From the IMG/VR virus record IMGVR_UViG_3300028591_000071: DNA of 64,000 nt; one strand, 5' to 3'. Below the pieces are notes generated by a model. It was not told the origin of the DNA and did no database searches. It worked only from the letters and a program-made list of their open reading frames with translations. Positions 57,593 through 64,000 of this stretch are shown piece by piece. The stretch comes from a virus. Its lineage: Duplodnaviria; Caudoviricetes. Within the stretch, counting starts at the first letter, position 1. Each line of letters opens with the position of its first letter. The translations under genes and the position numbers were made by a program.

Positions 57593-59416
57593 TTAAAATT
57601 CTCCGCAATCGATAATGAGTTCGCTGAGGTCAAGAGTGATGTCGCCGCCGGCAACCTCTTTCATCTTAGCGCCGTGCTGAATTGTAACACCGTTTCCTGC
57701 AGTAGTCTCGCTAACAGTACCAAGTTTTCCACCCTGAATTGCTGAATCAATAAGGCCTTCCTTTTGTGTTTTAAAGGTTTCAAGAGTAGCAACCCTTTGC
57801 TCAAGTGCCTCAACATCACCTGTTGAAGATTCTGCAAGAGCATTGATAGCAGCCTCAAGTTCTTCTAGAGTGTCACCGCTTGCAGATGCATTACCCTTCA
57901 ATGCTGCTACTGCAGTATTAACTGCATCATCAGCATAAGCCTTTGCACCATGAATGGTGTCTGCGGTCTTTGCATCTCCATCCACGCCAATAACTGTTGA
58001 TTTAGCCGTTTCAATTTCAGTGTGGGTAATTGAAGAAACCGCATAAGTTCCCTTGATTGATGAAATTTCCTGATTGATTGTGGTTACTTTGCCGTCAACA
58101 TAAGTTACAACATTTCCGCTAAGGTCCTTAACCTGTGTGTCAGTATAAGCATTTGCCCTTGTCAATGCGCTTTGTGCTGAATTGTCAGCTGCTGTCTCGG
58201 CAAATGTCTTTGTTGCATAGTCGTTAACAACTGATGCTGATACTGTGAAGAGAGTTGAAGAAACTGCAGAAAGCGAAGCCTTAACAGCAGCGTCTGCTGA
58301 CTGTAGGGTTCCAACCTGTCCACTTACATAGTTCAACGCATCGTTTGTTGCATATGCTGATAAGTCAACTGTTCCACCAAGAGCATCCCAATGTCCTTCT
58401 GGTGAACCTGATACCCATGCATAATTGGTGCCGGCAGGAATAAAGTCTGCTGTTCCAGGAGTACCCTGTGCTGCAAGTACATTGTAAACATCACCAACTT
58501 CAGGATTTTCAATTTCATCGAGTGCGTCTACATTGGCAACAGAACCCTTGTATGTGTAAACAGTTGAAAGTTCGTTGTCAATATAAGTCTTAACATCCGC
58601 AGACATTGAAATGACTGAGCCTGACAATTCAACAACGGAGCCACTTAAGTCTGATACATCTGATGTAGCCCCTTCGATTGCAGCAACAACATTTCCACTT
58701 AAAGTATGTGTGAGACTTGAAGCATATGCCTTTGCACCATAAACTGTATCAGCCTCTGCGTTATCAGCACTTGTTCCGATAACATCAGCCTTAGCATTGG
58801 TGTAAGCACTTGTTACTGCAGCGTCTTTTGCCGTTTGGACTTCGGTCTTCGTTGCATAATCAGTTTCAACCTTTCCGCTGAAAGTCTTAAGAGCCGTGAT
58901 GTCAGCCGTGGCTGTGTCAAGCCTTTCGTCAAGAGAGGTTAGGTTGTTTTCAATGGTTTCTGAAATGTAGGTATTGATTCTACCTGAAAGGGCATCATCC
59001 TGTGCATCAGCATATTTCTTTGCTGCCCAAATGGTATCCGCTGTCGTATCGTCGGTATTTACACCTATTAATTCAGTCTTTGCATCACCAATCTTGGTAT
59101 TCGTCTCTGCAGATGTATAATAGTTATTCACCACTGAACCACTAAGCGTCTTGATTGAACCGCTTAAAGACGAGATGTCACTGTTTATAGTACCCTCAGC
59201 ATCTGTAATTGCGGCGGAAATTGCCGTGCTGACTGCACCAGAGGCAATAAATGGGACAAATTTCTCAGTACCATTGTCGTTAACCTTAATCATGAGCTGT
59301 GGAACACCGCTATTGTGCCTTACAACTATCTCACCAAATTGGACATCGGTGGTCAATGGCATAGCGGTCGCACTACCAGTGTGGTAATTAATCAATTGTT
59401 GTTTGTTTCTTGCCAT
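57593..59416 (-). CDS. tail fibre-like protein
   Basis: Coiled-coil repeats GAKAYAD, YKGSV..GDVYNV..WDALGG module. Confidence 0.85.
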   Translation of the reverse strand: MARNKQQLINYHTGSATAMPLTTDVQFGEIVVRHNSGVPQLMIKVNDNGTEKFVPFIASGAVSTAISAAITDAEGTINSDISSLSGSIKTLSGSVVNNYYTSAETNTKIGDAKTELIGVNTDDTTADTIWAAKKYADAQDDALSGRINTYISETIENNLTSLDERLDTATADITALKTFSGKVETDYATKTEVQTAKDAAVTSAYTNAKADVIGTSADNAEADTVYGAKAYASSLTHTLSGNVVAAIEGATSDVSDLSGSVVELSGSVISMSADVKTYIDNELSTVYTYKGSVANVDALDEIENPEVGDVYNVLAAQGTPGTADFIPAGTNYAWVSGSPEGHWDALGGTVDLSAYATNDALNYVSGQVGTLQSADAAVKASLSAVSSTLFTVSASVVNDYATKTFAETAADNSAQSALTRANAYTDTQVKDLSGNVVTYVDGKVTTINQEISSIKGTYAVSSITHTEIETAKSTVIGVDGDAKTADTIHGAKAYADDAVNTAVAALKGNASASGDTLEELEAAINALAESSTGDVEALEQRVATLETFKTQKEGLIDSAIQGGKLGTVSETTAGNGVTIQHGAKMKEVAGGDITLDLSELIIDCGEF

Positions 59417-59481
59417 AATATTAATATTGTTTTTTTGTTATTTCCAAAAATCTATTATAAATAGTTTTGCTCTGTCAAAAA

Positions 59482-62400
59482 TTAGACAAGAGTTTTAATT
59501 ATTGTTGTTATCTGATTAACCTTGGACAATAGTGCCTCGTACTCAGATTTTTTAATTTCAACAACCTCTTCATCTTCAAGTTCAGTTGGCGAAGTTGCCG
59601 AGAATAGTCCCGTACTGTAAGCCCTTGATTTAGGCGATGGGGCAGAGAATGTCATCTGCCCAACACTATAAGTCGTTTCAAATAGTCTTGGTTTGAATGT
59701 ACCAATAAGGTCGGTATATCCATTGTCGGAATATATTGATATTTCTTCTCCGTCATATACCGAGTCAAGAGGTATCAAGAATTCACCATCCATCTCGTTT
59801 GATTCATAGTTCCCAAGATTCGTGCTCCTGCAATATGCAATTCCTGTATATGGGACACCAAGTTGCATTATCGTTACATGTGCGTATCCCGTTAGAAAAA
59901 TCTCTTCCTTGATTGTATAGCCAAGTCCGGTCGTAGGGTCAATCACATAAGCCCACATAGGGTCATTCTCGTATTGCTCTCTTGTCCCGACAGACACAAG
60001 CAATTCTCTTTCAGCCTGAGGCACGTTCGTGCCGCAACCCGCAAATGAGTGCCAAGCGAAACTAATGGCATTCTCAAGGGTTACGGAAGGGACTGTATTT
60101 CCGCTATCGTCAGTGCGGCCAAATGCCGAAATTGTGATGGTCCTAAGATTCCTTGAATTCCAGAACTCAAATTGTGCAAGTCCTATTGTATCGGCGGATG
60201 TTGCATCGGACGACTGTTTTATCGTGATTGTCTGCAAAGGGGTTATATATGAAAATGCCCTTTTTCCAAGCGACATGCGTGTCCCAACAAGTTTGAAATC
60301 AGTTATACCGATTCCCCTGAACGCCTCTTCTCCAAATCCTTCCATGTTTTCAGGAAGCACAAGTTCAGTTATGCCTGCGCAATTCAAGAATGCCCTGTAC
60401 CCTATGGTTCTAACAGTTGATGGGAAGGTTACTGAAGTTACCTGTTTTCCGTTAAACGCGTTTTCAGCAATTTCTTCAACACCATTAGGTATATCAACAT
60501 TTGCGGGCGGATTGTATCCAACAATAAGTCTTCTCATATCTGCAGAATACATACATCCGTTCAATAGTTCAACCGTAGTGTGGTTGTCAAGAGGATTAAG
60601 AACAAGGTCTATCGCACCTGAGCCGTCAACAATGAGTATTCCTTCCTTTGTTAAGGGGTTGCTTCCTCCTCTCTTATAATACCATGTTCCGCCGTAAGTG
60701 AACAATGAATTATCATTATTTACCTGTACGCTTATTGTATTACCCGACTCATCTTCTGTATCATATGCGAACACAGGAAGAATTATCGTTTTGAGGCTCT
60801 GACAATTCTCAATCACATTGACGGGGAAGTATCCGGCATCGCTAAGATACTCCGACACATCATTATTAGTCTTCAAACTCGGCCTGCATACAAAATATGT
60901 CGGGAATGTGACGGTTTCAATATTCCTACAATTGTAAAGCGTTCTCTGACTCATCTTCTGTACAGAATCAGGGAATGTTATCTCCGTCAATGCATTACAC
61001 CCAACGAATGTATGTGAATAGCCGCTCGCGTCGCAGGCAAATTCTTCAACACCATTAGGAATCGTTATTCCGCTAAGTACCGAACATCCGTCAAATGAGC
61101 GAATACCTATCTTCTTAAGCGTTCCCGCAGTTGGGAGCGATACCGAAACAAGATTATCACAGCCCCTGAATGCATTCTCAGGTATTTCCGAAATAAGGTC
61201 GCAGTGTGAAATGTCTATCACCTCTATGTCGCTGTCCATGCAGAATCCTTCCATTATCGTCTGTACGACAGGTGCATCGCTTGTCGTCAATTCGGTAAGT
61301 TCCTTCACACCGAAGAATGCATATGGAAGTATCAACTGTGCTGCAGGTATTTCGTACGTTTCAAATCCATGACCTGCGGTAGGGAACCTCATGAGGGTTG
61401 CTCCGTTGCTTGACATGAGAACACCGTCTATCACGTCATATTTTGCGTGTCCTTCTTCAACAACGAATCTCTCGTAGTGACGACCTCTTAATATCTCATA
61501 GGTAGGAAGCGTCAAGTTAAGAGGTATTTCAAGAACCCTCAGTCTATTGGTCGTCGTCTCAGGAGCCCATTTCTTCTCTTCGAATGCGTTGCCCCTTATC
61601 GTCTCCAATGATGCAGGGAACCTTAGGTAATTGTCACCCGCTTCCGTTGTAGGAAGGATGGCGTTTTTAAATCCCGTTCCTCCAAATGCAAAGTCATCAA
61701 TGGATATTACGCCTTCAGGAAGGGCCAACTGTGTCAACGATGAGCATCTTAGGAATGTACCTTCTTCGATTATATCAATGCCTGAAGGAAGAGTTCTGTT
61801 ATTCACGTCGTTTCCAAACGAATCCTCCTGTTTTGTATACACATTCTTCAATGCGGAGCAATCGGCAAAGCAATATTCTCCGATATGCGTTATTCCGTCA
61901 TGCAATACGATTTCCGTCATGTTTGCATTTGAGAATGCCGATGCAGGAAGTTCCGTTACATTCGTAAAGTAAGCAAATTCAGGGAATACGAAACTATCGG
62001 TTATCCCGCTGAATGCCGTTCCAATATTAGTTACCGCCTCGGCCTGAACCTTTTTCATAGCGTTCTCGTCAGTAGCCCATCCGTTCCTGTAACATATATC
62101 CATCACGACAGGGTTACTATCCCTTGTCATGATAACATTTTCGTTAAGAACAAGTGCATCATAGGATGCGGTGACAACGCTTCCGTCGTGGTTGGTTATC
62201 CTTGCCCCGATTGTCATTGGAGAAGATACCTCGGGTTGGTTGCTTCCAATCCTTACTATATACTCGTGTACATTGTCCGGATTTACATAAGAAGTCTCGA
62301 CATATAACGATTGTGCGGCACCGGTCAATGACCATTCAACAGAATAACTACCTATCGGAAGTTCTTCGTAAGAAGTCAAAAGTTCAAGTGAGAACGCATA

Positions 62401-64000
62401 TTCTCTGTTTGCATACAATGACTTCGTTCCCTCGATTGTCGCATTTGATGCATAGGTAGGGTCTTTGATTGTGAAGTCCATAACGGAAATCTTATCAAAC
62501 GCACTACTTACCAATCCCATGTAAACAAGGACCTTGAAGGTCGTGTTGGTATTAAGAACACGCTCTTCACATCTCAACACTCCTATTTCCTTATTATCGG
62601 AATCTCTTGTGTTCGTTAATGAAAGCCCCTGTCTTACAGACTGAAGGTCGGTGACAACAATATAATTCTTGCCCGCAATAGGGTCTTCGAATATGGTCTC
62701 GCCTTCTTCGGCCTCAGATTTGGTCTTTGTCGTCTCTTCAACAATGTAGAACCTGATTTCACTGAGACTTCCCTCGATTGCCCTCTCGTCAGGATAGATT
62801 TCCCTGCTGAAGACATTCTCCTGTCCTGCAACCATCTCCGTCTTTTCCGAAGTGATGAAGACACTCTCAGGAGTTCTAATGTAAAGTGCGGACATCTTTT
62901 CGTTGAAGCAGTTCTCTCCGAATATCTCCTTCAATTCATTGATATTGTCCATTGAAAGGTTACCGCAAGAACGAAGGTCGATGACACCGCTCAATTGGAA
63001 TAGACGACCCTTCTTGCTGAAGTTCTTGAATAACTTGACAGCGTTAAGGTTATTAAAACTCCACTTGATGTTACTGATGCTTATGCTCTTTCCCTGATAT
63101 ATCGTTGATGCCTGTGTTGATGCCTCAATCGAGTTAATCCAAGGAAGTATAAGTTTATTGTAATAGTCAAGCCCAACACCGGCATTGTTTGAAATCCTAA
63201 GCGAATTGAGGCTCGTGTTAGGTGTATACTTAAGGCCTTCGAACACGTTGGTAGTGAATGACACGTCGTTGAGTGCCATAGTACCGATTGTCTGTGGAAG
63301 TTCAACAAGGTCGAATACGGAACCTGCAGCCGGCTCGAAACTACCGAGTTTTGAACCGAACGCCTTGAATGTATGAAGGTTGTTAAACGCATTGAGCGGA
63401 ACATATGTTATTCCTTCATAGTTGGTTATGTCAAGATACTCAAGGTTAGGAATCTTCGCCCATGTCGTAGTATCCTGAGCCGTCGTATTCTTAACATTCT
63501 CATTACCGATAACGAGTTTCTTCATCGTATTCTGAACAAGGTCGTTTCCGAGGACGAACTTGAAGCTACCCTCATAAACAAACCTTGCCGTTTCTGAGAA
63601 ATCCATCTCAGTCATCTTGTTGAATGAATAGATGTAAACAGGGTCACCCTGAGACTGATTGGTAGGGAACGAGAAGTCGATTGTGTCGCCTTCGTTCCTC
63701 TGCATATTACTCTCATAAATCTTCTTCTGCTGACCCCATGCATAGTAGTATTTCGCACCCGCTACGGCATGTATCGTAGTACCTGACAAACAATTGGTCT
63801 TGATTTCAACATAGGTGTTTTTATAATCACCTGAAAGCCACTGTGCGTCAAGCAGGTTGAAGTGATTAGCAATCCACCAGTGACGGTGTGAACGCCTCGT
63901 ACCCTGCAACATCCAAAGGTTGTTGACCGGCTTTCCTTCCATGTCTCCGATACCTTTTGCAGCCTGAATGTACTTATACCTTTCGTTAGCGTTATAGATA
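59482..64000 (-). CDS. large BspA-type leucine-rich-repeat protein (5' end outside the window)
   Basis: Repeated IxxxAFxxCxxL units; frame stays open upstream of 63942 to the edge. Confidence 0.88.
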   Translation of the reverse strand, partial: IYNANERYKYIQAAKGIGDMEGKPVNNLWMLQGTRRSHRHWWIANHFNLLDAQWLSGDYKNTYVEIKTNCLSGTTIHAVAGAKYYYAWGQQKKIYESNMQRNEGDTIDFSFPTNQSQGDPVYIYSFNKMTEMDFSETARFVYEGSFKFVLGNDLVQNTMKKLVIGNENVKNTTAQDTTTWAKIPNLEYLDITNYEGITYVPLNAFNNLHTFKAFGSKLGSFEPAAGSVFDLVELPQTIGTMALNDVSFTTNVFEGLKYTPNTSLNSLRISNNAGVGLDYYNKLILPWINSIEASTQASTIYQGKSISISNIKWSFNNLNAVKLFKNFSKKGRLFQLSGVIDLRSCGNLSMDNINELKEIFGENCFNEKMSALYIRTPESVFITSEKTEMVAGQENVFSREIYPDERAIEGSLSEIRFYIVEETTKTKSEAEEGETIFEDPIAGKNYIVVTDLQSVRQGLSLTNTRDSDNKEIGVLRCEERVLNTNTTFKVLVYMGLVSSAFDKISVMDFTIKDPTYASNATIEGTKSLYANREYAFSLELLTSYEELPIGSYSVEWSLTGAAQSLYVETSYVNPDNVHEYIVRIGSNQPEVSSPMTIGARITNHDGSVVTASYDALVLNENVIMTRDSNPVVMDICYRNGWATDENAMKKVQAEAVTNIGTAFSGITDSFVFPEFAYFTNVTELPASAFSNANMTEIVLHDGITHIGEYCFADCSALKNVYTKQEDSFGNDVNNRTLPSGIDIIEEGTFLRCSSLTQLALPEGVISIDDFAFGGTGFKNAILPTTEAGDNYLRFPASLETIRGNAFEEKKWAPETTTNRLRVLEIPLNLTLPTYEILRGRHYERFVVEEGHAKYDVIDGVLMSSNGATLMRFPTAGHGFETYEIPAAQLILPYAFFGVKELTELTTSDAPVVQTIMEGFCMDSDIEVIDISHCDLISEIPENAFRGCDNLVSVSLPTAGTLKKIGIRSFDGCSVLSGITIPNGVEEFACDASGYSHTFVGCNALTEITFPDSVQKMSQRTLYNCRNIETVTFPTYFVCRPSLKTNNDVSEYLSDAGYFPVNVIENCQSLKTIILPVFAYDTEDESGNTISVQVNNDNSLFTYGGTWYYKRGGSNPLTKEGILIVDGSGAIDLVLNPLDNHTTVELLNGCMYSADMRRLIVGYNPPANVDIPNGVEEIAENAFNGKQVTSVTFPSTVRTIGYRAFLNCAGITELVLPENMEGFGEEAFRGIGITDFKLVGTRMSLGKRAFSYITPLQTITIKQSSDATSADTIGLAQFEFWNSRNLRTITISAFGRTDDSGNTVPSVTLENAISFAWHSFAGCGTNVPQAERELLVSVGTREQYENDPMWAYVIDPTTGLGYTIKEEIFLTGYAHVTIMQLGVPYTGIAYCRSTNLGNYESNEMDGEFLIPLDSVYDGEEISIYSDNGYTDLIGTFKPRLFETTYSVGQMTFSAPSPKSRAYSTGLFSATSPTELEDEEVVEIKKSEYEALLSKVNQITTIIKTLV

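Noticed and set aside
1-64000. Genome-wide TAG-to-Gln recoding as in Lak phages
   Set aside because: Very long Gln-rich structural ORFs are intact in code 11 and TAG ends several genes normally; only the suppressor tRNA and a few candidate sites remain
53179-64000. Diversity-generating retroelement acting on fibre genes
   Set aside because: No reverse transcriptase and no TR/VR pair with adenine-specific mismatches seen; the repeats are ordinary intragenic domain repeats

Overview
This is a 64-kb segment of a very large (jumbo/megaphage, Lak-like by gene content) dsDNA phage. A Bacteroidetes host is inferred from TAnnTTTG promoters and a Bacteroidetes-type tmRNA tag. The protein genes read in the standard code and include NAD-dependent ligase, DHFR-TS fusion, ClpP, primase, Mre11/Rad50-like nuclease pair, RuvC-like resolvase, a sigma70-like factor, a Pth2-like hydrolase, three free-standing homing endonucleases and several tail-fibre, collagen and LRR proteins. 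The core is a minus-strand RNA island (about 8.8-27.7 kb) with roughly 35 recognisable tRNAs, tmRNA and an amber (CUA) tRNA, plus much that ordinary annotation would miss. (1) A 430-nt RNA combining mimics of the 23S rRNA GTPase-associated centre and the sarcin-ricin loop, and a separate RNA with an exact 21-nt copy of 23S nt 1926-1946. (2) Four tRNAs interrupted by related 77-105-nt anticodon-loop inserts with a covarying 5' pseudoknot, one enclosing a nested tRNA-His-like fold, plus a group I intron in tRNA-Leu(UAA). (3) About 10 Y-RNA-like modules (stem + ACAGCAA), free-standing or grafted into tRNAs. (4) A leader ORF using all 20 amino acids, coupled to a terminator/antiterminator at the head of the tRNA array. 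(5) An amber-containing GPP-stop mini-leader in front of the Pth2/suppressor tRNA genes. (6) Four more 400-660-nt orphan structured RNAs. Together these suggest a phage translation surveillance, decoy and rescue system (inference). All structures were read by eye, and no database search or folding program was run.
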